A program made the translations under genes and the position numbers. Shown here piece after piece: positions 40,805 to 53,604 of a stretch of 64,000 bases of DNA (position 1 is the stretch's first letter; each line of letters opens with the position of its first letter). Origin of the DNA: Paraspadella gotoi (taxonomy: Eukaryota; Animalia; Chaetognatha); the NCBI GenBank assembly GCA_051294375.1, contig CM119271.1, forward strand, positions 13,950,372 to 14,014,371, given 5' to 3'. The notes beneath the pieces are model-generated. The model did no database searches. It was not told the DNA's origin and saw only the letters and a list, made by a program, of their open reading frames with translations.

Positions 40805-42647
40805 ATGATTCGAGGAGCCGGCGCTCTCCTTCAAACGGCGCTCGGCACGGCGTTGACTTGGGGCTTAACGGCTCTCGGAGCCGGGCTTGTTTTCCTTCTC
40901 CCTATCGGGTCGCACCGGAAATTACTCGACGCGAGTCTCGGTTTCGCCGCCGGTAAATCAAATGGACTTATTTCAGGATTCGATCGATTCTAGATTCCAA
41001 CCTCTTCTCTCATCCCCTCAGGCGTGATGATGGCCGCCTCGTTTTGGTCATTGTTGGCGCCGGCGATCGAGATGGCGGAAGCCCCGGATGCCTACGGCGT
41101 CGCGGCGTTTATTCCCGTCGCCGTGGGATTCGTCATCGGCGCCCTTTTCGTCATGGCCGCTGATTCCTTGATGCCTCTCCTCGGCGTCTCCACGTCTCCG
41201 GCGTTGACGGCAGCCCTCGCCGACAAATCACTCAAGAAGGACGACGACTCGACGATCCACTCGAGACATTCCCCCTTTCGTTCCTCGTCTACTTCCGCCT
41301 CCACGACGGAGACGCGACACAGAAACTTGCTGCTCGAGGGCGTCGTCACCGGCGCCGGCGGGGGACTTCAAATTGTCGAAGAATCCTCCAACGGATTCGC
41401 CCTTGGAAGTTTCGAAGAGGACGCCAGGGATATTGAGGTTCGCCGACGGTTTGCCGCAGCTTTGTCTCCGACTTTTGTCTCCTTATTTAGTTTGAATCTA
41501 TTTTTAGCTCCGCCAACGTCAGTCATGGCGCCGGATGTTGCTCCTCATCGTCGCCATCACCGTCCACAACATCCCTGAAGGCCTCGCCGTCGGCGTCGGC
41601 TTCGGCGCCGTCGGCAAATCTCCGGCCGCCACCTTCGAAGCCGCCTCCAGTCTTGCCGTCGCCATCGGGATTCAGAATTTTCCCGAGGGTAAGTTTTTTT
41701 CGAGGAAATGAGTAATGTATGGTGGACTAAAATCCACCAACCGTTCATCAGCGGCCATTGGTGCCGGAGGCAAGTCATTCGCCTCCCAACCCAAAGGTCC
41801 GGGGTTCTAGCCCGGTGGTCGCCTAGCAGTTAAGACGGGGCGCTTAGCCCGCCTGTAACACGGTGTTACAGCCTGATCCGAAGCTCAGGGACTGCTTATA
41901 TTGAACGGTTCTGTCACTAACACATAACAATAATTACTGTCTCTTCAAATGTTTCTATAATTTGATCTTTTCATTAAGTTTTTTTTTTTTAGGTTTGGCG
42001 GTGAGTCTCCCACTTCGAGCCAGCGGCTACTCGGCGTGGAAGTCTTTTTGGTACGGACAGCTGAGCGGAATGGTTGAGCCATTCGCGGGTACGAGAAGCT
42101 TTTAACGAATGCCAAAACTGCGAAAAAAATAAGACCCTAATTTCATACTTTTTCCGTTTTCCCCACTTCTCTTTTCCTTTATTTATTCTCCATCGTCCCT
42201 CCCTTTCTTTCTTATTCGTACTCTCATCTTCCTTTCTTTCCTTATTTCCTTTTTTTATCGCCCTCTTTCTTATCCCACACTCTCATCTTCCTTTCTTTCC
42301 TTCCTTTTCACTGCCTATCTCTTCCACTCAAGGACTCCTGGGTGCGGCGGCTGTCTCGCTGGCGGAACCGCTCCTTCCCTACGCGCTCTCTTTCGCCGCT
42401 GGCGCTATGATCTTCGTAGTCGTCGACGATCTCATTCCTGGCGAGTGCCGTTCTTGTCTTGTCTTAGTATATCTTGTCTAATATGGTCTTATGTCTAGTT
42501 CTTATTTTGTTTAATACTTCGCTAATCCGCTTCTTCCGTTTCGATTTTTTAACAGAAGCGGCGTCTGGACCCAACGGTCGTCTTTCCTCAGTCTCTTCCA
42601 TCGTCGGTTTCGTAGTCATGATGTGTCTCGACGTCGGTCTGGGTTGA
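40805..42647 (+). CDS. SLC39A11: Zinc transporter ZIP11 (GufA subfamily)
   Basis: [136 protein letters not shown]. Confidence 0.94.
41751..41897 (+). mobile_element. tRNA-Gly(CCC)-derived SINE-like / pseudo-tRNA element with structured body, in a ZIP11 intron
   Basis: Acceptor-like stem GCGGCCA/TGGTCGC, A-box-like TGGTGCCGGAGG, anticodon loop CTCCCAA, T arm CCGGG-GTTCTAG-CCCGG (B box). The anticodon stem is broken. A multi-hairpin body follows. Confidence 0.6.
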
Positions 42648-43190
42648 ACCCTACCGACCAATGTCACCAATTGACAATCATTAGTATCTCTTTCTCTCTT
42701 TCTCCCCTCTCTCTCTCTCTCCCTCCCCATCTTTCCCTCTGCTTCCACACTCGCATATCGATTCTTGGCTTATTTTTAGACACGAAAAAAAAAACCACCG
42801 ATTGTTTTGCCTTAATATTGTAATCCATCAGTCTACAATAATTTCGTTGTTAAACTTACGCTCACTTTTCGTAATCTTACGCAGCTCGATGCCTTGATAC
42901 ACTTTCGTGCCGACTTATTACTTCCGGTAAAAAAATATTTTATCGAGACAGTCACTTTTGTTAATCTTTTATTGTCGGTAGTTAGCTACAAGCTTTTTTT
43001 AATTAAAAGTTGGAATAGTTTGTTGTTAATTTGATTGTCATATTAAAATCAATTTTTTAGTTTTCCTTTTTAATGAGCCGAACGATCGAACGGTCTCCCG
43101 CTTTTGGGAGGCTGGGACGCCGGCTTTGTGACCTCATAGCGTCCGGGTGATCGTAACTTTTCACCCATTTGCTGAGACCCTAATTGAGTC

Positions 43191-46100
43191 ATGCGACAAC
43201 GGTCAAACAGCGGAGTGCGGCTGGAGCAGCACGCGCGGCTGCTGGAGAAGACGATCCTCGTTCATCAACATCCGGTGACGGGATTGTTTCCTCCGACTCC
43301 GTCGCACAAACATGCTTGGATCAGGGACAACGTCTACATCACTTTGTCCATCTGGGCTCTGGCGTTGGCCTACAAGAAATACGCAGGTCGGATCAAGTCT
43401 TATAACTCTTTCCCTTTAAAAACTTACTTAAGCCTTATTTCCCCACAGGATATGAAGACAGAATGCGCGGTTATTTCGAGTTGGAAAAGTCAGTCGTTCG
43501 CGCAATGAGGTGTTAGTCCTTTCATTTCTTCATTCCTCTCCACATTTTCCACATTTCGACTGCATTGCACACATTATCTAATATCTATCAACTCACCAGG
43601 GGCCTCCTCCAATCGATGATGGGTCAGCGGGAGAAGTTGGAGCGGTTCAAGCGAACCCAGAGTCCCAGCGACGCCATCCACGCCAAGTTCTGCGTCGACA
43701 CGGGGTTTCCCGCCCACGGAGATCGAGAGTGGGGACATCTGCAGATCGACGCCGTCTCGTTGTATCTCCTCATTTTGGCGCAGGTGGTGCCTTTGGGAGG
43801 TGGGAAAGTTTAGTTATACTGAATCTCATTTCCTGTATTTCTTCAGATCACCGTCTCTGGCATCACGGTGGTGTGGACGACGGACGAGGTGAGCTTCGTG
43901 CAAAACCTCGTCTTCTACATCGAATCCGCCTACCGCATCCCCGACTACGGCATCTGGGAACGCGGAGACAAGATGAACAATGGGGTCACGGAACTAAACG
44001 CCTCCTCCATCGGGATGGCCAAGGCCGCCTTGGAGGCCATCGACCAGGTTTGATCATTTACATATTACGTATGTGGAATAATAGATCGATACGTTTTCAA
44101 CTTTATCGTTCAAGGTGAACCTTTTCGGCGCCCGCGGCGGCCCCACCTCAGTCATACACGCCTTACCCGACGAGTCGCAGCAATGCGACGCCATGCTCAG
44201 CAACATGCTGCCCAGAGAATCCAATTCCAAGGGTGAGTGATAGAAACACGTTGTGGGTCGCTTGGGCCTTATTGTAAAATCATCGCGACGGCTTCAGAAA
44301 CGGACGCGGCGTTGCTGATGGTCATCGGTTATCCGGCATTTGCAGTCAGCGACGTCGACGTCATCGACTTGACCAAAACCACAATCGTATCCAAGTTGGA
44401 AGGAAGATACGGATTCTCGCGGTTCCTCAGGTTGGAATTAATTTTTTGTAGATTTGCATATTGCAGCAATAAAATGCATTTAATGTAACTCTGTTAGACC
44501 ATTAATGGATTTGTGTAAAATTTAATGGGTTAAATATACCTAAAAATAGTAAAAGATCTTTTTGCATTATAAAAGAATTACAATGGTTTTTGCTTATTTA
44601 TATAGAACAGATTATGAAATCTTGGCATTGGCTGAATAACTCTACTTTCTCTTGCTTTCCCTTTTTCACTTTAACCAGAGACGGATTCGGAACCGTGTTG
44701 GAGGACAAGAACCGCCTCCACTACGAGTCGTGGGAGCTGAAGACCTTCGAGCGAATCGAGTCGGACTGGCCGCTCTTCTGGGCGGTCATGCTGCTCAACG
44801 GATTTTTCATGGAGGACGCCGTGAGTTAGATTCTGTGTTGACCAAAAATTGAATTGATTTTAAAAATAAATGGACAGACATTTTCCTTTTGTGCAGAGCG
44901 AGGTGAGCAAGTACTGGGATCTCCTCGCCAACGTCCTCGTCAGCACCCCGGACGGCGCCGTCATGCCCGAGATCTACGTCGTCCAGCGCGAGAACATCGA
45001 GGAGGAGAAGAAGAAACCCAAGACGACGGCGAGGAAGGCGACGGGAAAGTTGCCGCATCTCTGGGGGCAGAGCCTCTTCATCGTGGCCGGCCTTTTGAAG
45101 GAAAGGTTCATCTCGCCCGGTGAGTCGAGAGTTATGATTAGACTAGACTATACTAGACTATTATGTTTAGACTATCCGAACTTCAGTTATATTTAGAATA
45201 TTATTTGGAATATTATAAGGCGAATTGGATCCTCTCAACCGTCGCCTCATCTCCGCTAAGAATCCAGACATCACCGTCCAAGTCTCGGTTCTCGCCAAAA
45301 ACGAGGCCATCCGAGAGCTGCTGGAGAATAGCGGGTTTCCAGTCGAAACGGTCGCAGAGGTGGCGCTCAACACCGGCGTCAACGTCCTCTCTTCGCAGAG
45401 GCTCTCGGTTAGGGAAACTTATATTAAATTCTTCAATATTTTTTTGGATATTGTATATTTTTAAGTAAGTTCGATTCCTGAAACTTTTCCCCTAGCTTCA
45501 ACTTATTATAATAATTATTTGAGGCTATGGGTAAATTTGAGGTTAGTGGTGAAGCTACAGGGGATGAACTTATTTGAAACGCTGCAACATGCAAATAAAA
45601 TTAAAGAACTTAATAATTAGTAATTAAGGTCTCTATCCCCTTAGGACGTCTACTCCCACTTGGGCCGCAACGATCGACTCTCTTTCACGGGGCGGCCCAC
45701 CTTCTCTCCCCTCGGCCTCATCGCCACGAGCAAGTTCTACTCTGTCAAGTCGCGTCTCTTCGCCTTCAGCCCCCAACTCCTCGACCACGAGTCTTTCTAT
45801 CTCGCCGCCGACGCTCCCTTGTGCGTCGATTCTTTTCTCTCCAAGATCGATCAGGTGAGAGGAAAGATGGGTTGACAATTGCTGAATTTTTCTGTAAACA
45901 AAGAAACATGACAAACAAATAGTTATGGGAAAGGTTGTAAAAAACTGTTGGTATTTCACTAAAAAAAGGGGATTTAAAGAGCACGAATGAGTCAATCAAG
46001 CGATTCCGTCCACATAAGGCGGCAGTTTGAAGGCGAGCAGGTCGCCACTCTCGCGTTGAAGACAGACCAAGAGTATTCCGAAGAAGTTCTTGGTAGTTTT

Positions 46101-49048
46101 ATCGAGGTCAAGGCCCGCGAACGTTGCTTGGTGTTTGGATTAGAATATTTACTCGATCAAATTGGAAGATTCTGGAGAAAAAAAAATATTTAGCAATGTA
46201 TAAATAAGTAAATAATTTATTTAGCTAGCCTTGGAGTGGGGAACGCGAGTGGGCCGACCGACCATCGTCTTCGTTGTCGACGAGATGATGATTCAACCAA
46301 AGGAAGAAGATGGAGAAAGAAGGTTAGTTTATTTTAGTCTCTTAGTTGAAACTTTAGTTAATTTAATGAGTTAATGGTTAACAGATCGCCGGGTTCATCA
46401 GATTTCGATCCTTCGCTCGATTTCGTTCTCCACCCTCTCCTCATCGCCACCATGAGAAAATTGCGCGCCGGATTCGTTTCTCGCGCCAGGTGAAGGGGGC
46501 GAGGCGCGAAAAAAGGGAGTGGTCTTTCAATTCGATTGGATAAGTTAGTAAAAAGCTTGCCAGGGTCCTGCTGTTTTTATCTTGTAAGAGTGATGGAGGC
46601 CTTAAACCACTAAAGCCTGTCCAAAGTCAGGGGCAAGATAGCTTATTTATTGAATGATTGGATAATTTTTATATTGGTTGTACTAATTTAATGAAAAAAT
46701 ATGAAAATTAAATCTTTCATTTTTTCAGAGTTCATTTGGATCAAGTGGCCGCTTTTCTCTCGACGGCCTGCGTGACAACTTGCACCTTCCTTTACGATTC
46801 CTCCGATCCGAGTCGAGACGTGGAGGAAGAAGTATTGGCCGATTTGTTGAAGGGAACACAGGTCTGAACAATGCAATCAATCAATCAATCAATAAATCAA
46901 TCAGTCAATCGAATCGTTTTTCCCCCGACAGGATATTCAACCAATTCTCCATCTTCCCTCGGCCGAACTGAGTCGTCGCTGCTCCACCGACGAGAACCTC
47001 GAGTCGGACCCTTCATCTCGACTCGCTCCCGAACTCAACCTCGCGGGAATCATCAAAAAGAACAGGAGCAGCAACTGGACCAGGAACACTCTCGTCGTGG
47101 CGTCCCTCTCGTCCGTTCAGACTGGATTGGGTAATAATTAGTGGGCGTGGTCACAAAGATTGTGGTCGCATATTTGTTAATCTTTCATGCGTCTTAGTTT
47201 ATTCGGCGCCGCCACCCGACGTCTTCGTCCAGGATTTGGACGGCGCCATTTCCCGATTGGACTCTGTGGTCGGCGGCGGAGATCGTCGTTCGGCGAGGCA
47301 GTCCTCGCCCTTGTCTATCGCCATTCCACCTTCAGGAGTGGCGCAGTCGTCTAGGTAGAAAAGATAGAGTATATTTAGAACGTCCAGTACAGCGGAGGCT
47401 CCCTTTTAAACATTTTTATATATTTCTTTTTCAGTCTCATTATTCCTCTTGTTTTTCACGATAGAAATCTCAATCCGCAAATACATTTTCTGTTTTTCCT
47501 TCCAGCTTTCCCTCCCTCGCCTCCCCACGCTTTTCCGCCAATCTGGTGGAGCCGTCGTCCGAGTCGCTTCTCAGTCAGTCTCCGTCGACGAAGCGTCACT
47601 ACGAACGGCGCAACGTGGAAATCGAGCATCAGTTCACCGAAGCCGAAGTCGTTCGCGCCGTCATGGAGACCAACGACGTCACGCAGCAGGCCGAATATCT
47701 GCACTATCTCGCCGTTACCAAGGGGCTAGAGGTGAATGTGCAAAGATTTAACTCCTTGATCTCATTTGAATATTGGAGTTTTGTTTTATATTTCCTGCTT
47801 AGATCCTGAGAGATCCAAATTTAATTTTTTAGACGAATTTAGAGTTGAGATTTCATCGATCAAATTTTTCTTTTAGTGGCGAACCGGCGAGAGCAGCGTG
47901 AGTGTGCAGGACCTACTTGGCGAACTCTACGAACGCGCCTGCGGCCTCAATCTCTGGTGGTTGGTGCGTCACACGTCGGGACTCCTCAGGAAGCGGGCCG
48001 AGGATTTGGGTGAGGATCCCAGTGCCGGTGGAACTGGAGAATTTTGGATTTTGATGGAATTTCTTGAATTCAGGTCGCTGCGTTTCCTCCATCGTCGTGC
48101 GGCAAAAACAAGTCACAGTCGGTTACTCGAGAGACTTCGATCAGGTGCGAGATTTCGGAGAATATTTGGACCATCGATGAGAAGTCTTTGCTTACGAGAG
48201 TATAGGGGTCGCAAAGGAGGCATTTATCTCCCTGAAATAATGAAAAAAAAAGTCTAAGAAATACTTAAGAAAGAATATTAGAATAAACATATAATACTAC
48301 AATATGCAAATGTGATTTGAGGAACTCGATCTCGTTTGAAATAAAAGTAACTCGGCTCCAACAGATTTTGTCTTTCCATTAAATTTAAGCCTCACGTAGA
48401 AAACGCGGGGTTCGGAGTGGAACGTCTCATTACCCGCCCTCTGCCGCCGAACGAGATTCTCAATTTGATTTACGCGGCTTGCGGAGGCGACTTCTCTCTC
48501 GCCTCCCTCACCCAAGAAATCCTCATCTTTCTCGCCGTTCACATCGAGACACAACCCAAACTGTTCGTCCAGGTGCGCCCTCAAGGGGGAAAGGAAAGGG
48601 TTCTTTGGGATTTAACCTTTGGTTCTTTCTCCTTAAGATGCTTCGCATCCGGATCGGACTCATCATTCAGACGATGGTCGCCGAATTGGCCGTCGCCTTG
48701 TCCCACAATGATGCCCTATCGCCTCGGGGCTCTCGGGAAACTTTAACGGAAGTCTTACCAGCACAGGTAATGTGTTAGTGATGGGTAACAGATATTGTAT
48801 CTCCCTGAGTCGTGGCTTCAAAATGGAGAATCTATCCATCCAACCATCCCTCCCTCCAATAATTATCGTTTCCATGTGTCTTGATTTAGTCTTCGGAGGA
48901 AGAAGCTTTGGAACATCTGCTCAACCTCAGTCCTTTGGAGGTGAAGACTCTTCTTTTCTACGTCCTAAGCGGGAAAGAATTCGGAGTCTCGGCACGACTG
49001 TCTGATCGCCATAGCCTTTCGTCCCACGAGATCGTTTCTATCATGGGT

Positions 49049-49097
<49 letters not shown>

Positions 49098-50420
49098 TCT
49101 CACCCCTCGCCCCTTTGCTCCAATTCAGCGCCGATGCAGGCGAAAAAAGCGGCGGCGACGAACTTAACGAAGAAACTCTCTCGTCGCGGGAGTCAAGCCC
49201 ACCTTCGCGTTTCCGGCGCGCCGACGCCGTCGGGGTCATCCACGGCGGCGTCGTCGCCTCGGGCGCCACCTTCGGTCACGGAGGGATTCTTCCCGGGCGA
49301 AGGAGACGAAGAAGCCGTCGACGCTCTCGACATGCTGGACGATGGAGACGCTAAGAGGTAACGGGAATGTGATCATTGTAACATTTTTGGCTTATATTGT
49401 ATGTTATCACGAAAAAGAATCAGGGTTTTGAATTTGTATTATTTTTGGTCTTTGCTTGCCATAAGGAAAAAGGAAAGATTTAAAATAAAATTATGTTTTG
49501 AGAAAAAACACAATATTTCGAAGACTTCTGCCTTCATCAAAGGTGCAAATGTGAATGAGCTCTCTGAAAAACTAAGGACATAATCCGGATTTTGTTAAAT
49601 TTTTATTTTTTTTTTCGTTTTATATTTCCTGTAGTACACTCTCTCTAGACAAGGTGACGTGACCATTTATCATACTGTTTTTTTTTTTTTTTTAATTCAA
49701 ACGTAAAGTCAGTGGTTGGTAGTGCTTAATACTATTTTAAATTTATACTATTTAAAATATTTTTTTATACTTCACAGGTTATTGTTTAATAGCAAGGGTT
49801 TGTTTTATTTCTACAATATGCAAATATGTTAATTAAATATTCGAATTCTTACCATCGATGCCCCGTTTTGTAGTAGTTATATCAAATATTAGTAATTAAC
49901 TTTAAACGAGAAATAAGGTAAATAATTATTTATTTACAACAACGGTGATAATTATTAATTAAACTAAAAGCCGAAACATGTCCGATATTTATAATTATCA
50001 CCGTTGTTGTAAATAAATAATTATTGACCCTATTTCTCGTCTAAACTTAAAACGAATTGAAAGAAACTATATAATAGTAATTGATTATAATTAATTAATA
50101 ATAAGTAATTAATTATATAATTATTGATTATAAATCATTAAGTTTTTTTTTAACATAACAAAAGGGACGACGTTTTCAACGAAGAGGACGACGACGACGA
50201 CGACTACCGCTTCGGTTTTTGGCTTCGTCGACGCCGCATCGACGGCGCCCTCAATCGCGTCCCCGTCGGATTCTACGAACGAATCTGGCGCCTCCTGGAC
50301 GACCGACTTCGCGGCCCGAAAGGCCTGGCCATGATGGGCAATGTCATCGATTGCGGTCTGACTCAAGTGAGATGCCTTCTCGTATCCGGTATGTCCTTTT
50401 TCTTTTGCTTTTATTTAACT

Positions 50421-50498
<78 letters not shown>

Positions 50499-50977
50499 TC
50501 TTCCCCCCCCCAAGGAAATGACGGAGAGCGAGATGAACTTCGCTCTCGCCGTGGAGGAGCGGCTCAACCAAATTCCTCAACCCGAGTTTCGCCAGTTGAT
50601 CGTAGAGGCGCTGATGATCATCTCCTCCGTCGTGGAGAACGTCCCGCGCAGCGTCCCCAACTCCCTCGTCGGCGCCGTCGTCAACGTGGACCAGTTCATC
50701 CACAAAGCCAACGCCATCTTTTTAGAAGAGCAGGTCGGCTTTTGAAGCCAGAGGCGAAAGTTGTCGATCCGTCTTAACTTACCCTCTCTCTTTTTTAACC
50801 TTTAATCAGAAACCTCCCCCGGGTTCTTTCTATTTGATGGAGGACGCCATCTGCGGAGTGAGTCGATTCTTCTACGATCAAGCGCCGTCGGGTCAATTCG
50901 GCACCATGACTTACCTCACGCGCGCCGCCGTCCAATTGCTCCGCCTCCCGCGCGACATGGATTGCGCTCTGCAGTGA
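43191..50977 (+). CDS. PHKA2: Phosphorylase b kinase regulatory subunit alpha
   Basis: [151 protein letters not shown], and a C-terminal CaaX (CALQ*). More than 20 exons. PHKA1 versus PHKA2 cannot be resolved (probably a single invertebrate orthologue). Confidence 0.93.
46584..46689. repeat. Dispersed intronic repeat of about 100 bp, copy 2
   Basis: gatggaggccttaaac...gggcaagatagcttatttattgaatgattggataatttttatattgg matches 11651-11743. Confidence 0.7.
49047..49093. repeat. (GA)n microsatellite in a PHKA intron
   Basis: Directly visible, immediately after the splice donor. Confidence 0.9.
49901..50045. mobile_element. MITE-like inverted repeat (arms of about 55 bp) in a PHKA intron
   Basis: Left arm tttaaacgagaaataaggtaaataattatttatttacaacaacggtgataattat (49901-49955) is the reverse complement of 49991-50045 with 3 mismatches. 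Spacer is about 35 bp. TTAA occurs just outside both ends. Confidence 0.7.
50423..50493. repeat. (CT)n microsatellite in a PHKA intron
   Basis: Directly visible. Confidence 0.95.
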
Positions 50978-51481
50978 TGATTAGACTGGAACTGGAAGTT
51001 GAGGAAAATATTTAAAGAAACAACGAAATATGTTTTCAACGGTTTTGACTGGTTAAGTCTCGATTCGATTAGCTTCTTTTTACCAGAGCATTTTGGGCAT
51101 TTTTACCTTTTTTTTCAAATTTTCAAATTTTCAAATGACTATTGGTTAATTCATGCTTTTTTCATTTCATTACTCGTTAGTTTGACTCGCCCGATATTTT
51201 TGCCCAATCTCGTCCATTTACGTAGCTTCGGAACCACAGCTCGGCTAGTCTGCAAAATTAACTTATTGTTCGCATTATCATCTTGTTCTATTTTTTCTTC
51301 CCATTCAATACGTTTAAACAGTTTAATTATTACTGGATTTCTATGATAATGCAACCTCGATGCAAGTTTGCAAGTTTATATATGCTACTTCATCACTCGA
51401 TTCATTTACTATGCAATAGTATGCGTTACTTTTGAGGAGTCCCTTGGGGAGAAAAAAAAAACCTGCCCATTAAAAAAAAAA

Positions 51482-53604
51482 ATGTCGGAAACGATTTTGA
51501 TCGAGAACGACGATGATGACGAGGAAATCGTCGTTTATCCTTCCTCAAATTACGACAAACGATCGGGATTCGACGATAAAGACATTTTCGTCGCCGACGA
51601 CGACGACGACGACGTGACATTCTCTCGGACGGCTTCGTCTTCCTCGCGTCCTCCCTCCCGCAACGTCTCCAACTCCCCCGACGCCGTTTCCATGAAGCGA
51701 CGCATCGAGGAGCAATTGGGTCTGACGCGGACCAACCACTCCACCAGGTCGCGGGCGACGCGATCCAGCAGAGTGGAGCTCTTCGAACCGGAGACCCTCG
51801 TCGTGGAGGAAGAGGAGCCGAAAAAGAAGAGGAAGAGGAGGAAGAGTTATTCGTCTTCCTCTTCGTCGTCGTCGGATAGCGAAGCGTCGGACGGAGGAGC
51901 GGGATTCTCCGCCGCGGCGCTGCTGTCGACGAAGGAGGTAAGAGCGGGAAAAAGGCAGGGTAAGTAAGAATCCTGCGAATTGCTTCGCTTTCTTCCTCGA
52001 AAAGGCTCGGAAACTCGTGGCCAAAGTCAACGCGGGTCTCACCAGTCGCAAAAAAATCCCCACTCGATCCGTCGATCTTTTCGCTCCGTGGCAGCTCAAC
52101 AAGTATCTCCCTCCCCTGCAGCCGCAGATTCAAGACTTGAACTGCACGGAGAATCCGCCGCCCGTGCATCCTTCGAAGAGGTGACTGGGTTCGGGATTAT
52201 TCTAAACCTTCGAGTTCCCCCTCAACCTCTAGTCTTCCTCGTTACAGGAAGAAGATTCGCGTTCTCTCCCTCTTCGACGGGATCTCGACGGGGATCGTGG
52301 CGCTGAAGACCCTCGGCCTCGAGATCGGGTGCTACTTCGCCTCCGAAGTCGACGACTGCGCCGTTAAGTGCAGCAAGCGGAATCACCCGGAGATCGTGCA
52401 AGTCGGAGACGTTAGGAACATCACTGAAGAGGTCCTTTTATAAATCAATGAAGTACAAAAAAGGTTTTCTGTTGACCCAGTCTTTGTACGTAAAAGGTGG
52501 GAAAACAAAACCTTCACTTCCTGCCAATAATGAGAAAGTCAGCAAGAGAAGCTTACCAAAGTTTATCTCGCTTTCTCTGAACAAAATCTCGAAAATCGCA
52601 GTTACAAATGCTTAATTAAAATATAATTCTTCTACTCCACAATTATAACAGAGGGGGATATATCTGTATGAGAATAAATTAATCTGCTACACAATTACGA
52701 GGATTCCTCCTTCATCACTTTCTCAGGACATCGTCGAGTGGGGTCCGTTCGACCTCCTGCTCGGCGGATCGCCCTGCAACGACTTCTCCCGCGTTAACCC
52801 CCACCGCGAGGGATTCACCGGAAAGTGGGGCAAACTCTTCTTCGACTACGCGAGGATCCTCAACATTTGTCGGGCGAAACACGAGGAAGACCGCGAGACC
52901 ACGACGCCATTTTACTGGCTCTTTGAGAACGTTAGCGAATCTTTATTAAGTTATGGGAATTTACCTAGAATTAACGTCAACTCGGCTCGCTATTTAAATG
53001 AATCAGGTTATCATGGACACCGAGGATCGCAATACGATATCCTTTTCCCTGGGATGCGATCCCGTCAAAATCGATGCCATGTACGTCTCACCAATGAAGA
53101 GGCCGCGGCTTTACTGGTCTAACATTCCGGGCATCGGTAGGGAAATGCAACCATGTTGGAAATTAATGACTGCGTCCTAATTACGTCTTCATTTTTTACG
53201 CAGCTGATCCCGTGACGCCGAATCCGAAAGAAGATAAAATGACTCTTCAAGAATGCTTGGAACCCGGAAGAAAGGCCCGTGTCAAGCGGGTGGGTTGTAT
53301 AACCACTCAATGGTCTAGTCAACAACAAGGAAAGTTCCTCCAGGACCCCGTGATGTTCATGGGCGAGCCCGACCGCTTGTGGATGGTGGAGATCGAACGA
53401 TGTTTCGGATTTCCTGATCACTACACGGACGTCGCCAACCTTCATCCTGACAAACGGCTCGTGCTTCTCGGAATGGCCTGGAGCATTCCTTGCGTTCGCC
53501 ATTTACTGGAGCCTCTTCGGCTTTATTTTCAGTCCGCCGGTTCGGCCAAGGCAGCGGCCAAAGCAGCGGCCAAGGCGGCCGAGCAGAAAGGGACGAAGGG
53601 GTAA
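51482..53604 (+). CDS. DNMT3: DNA (cytosine-5)-methyltransferase, DNMT3 family; catalytic domain plus acidic/basic N-terminus only
   Basis: IRVLSLFDGISTG (motif I), YFASEVD (II), VGDVRNIT (III), WGPFDLLLGGSPCNDFSRVNP (IV), FYWLFENV (VI), SPMKRPRLYWSNIPG (VIII), EIERCFGFPDHYTDV..R..LLGMAWSIPCVRHLLEPLRLYF (IX/X). Six exons. Confidence 0.92.

Noticed and set aside
41751-41822. Functional tRNA-Gly(CCC) gene
   Set aside because: The anticodon stem does not pair and there is no adjacent poly-T terminator, so it is treated as a pseudo-tRNA/SINE head.
45856-46228. Apparent frame problem in PHKA suggesting non-canonical splicing or a pseudogene
   Set aside because: It can be resolved with canonical GT-AG options (a later donor at about 45872, or a small exon at about 46040-46092). 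RNA data are needed to choose.
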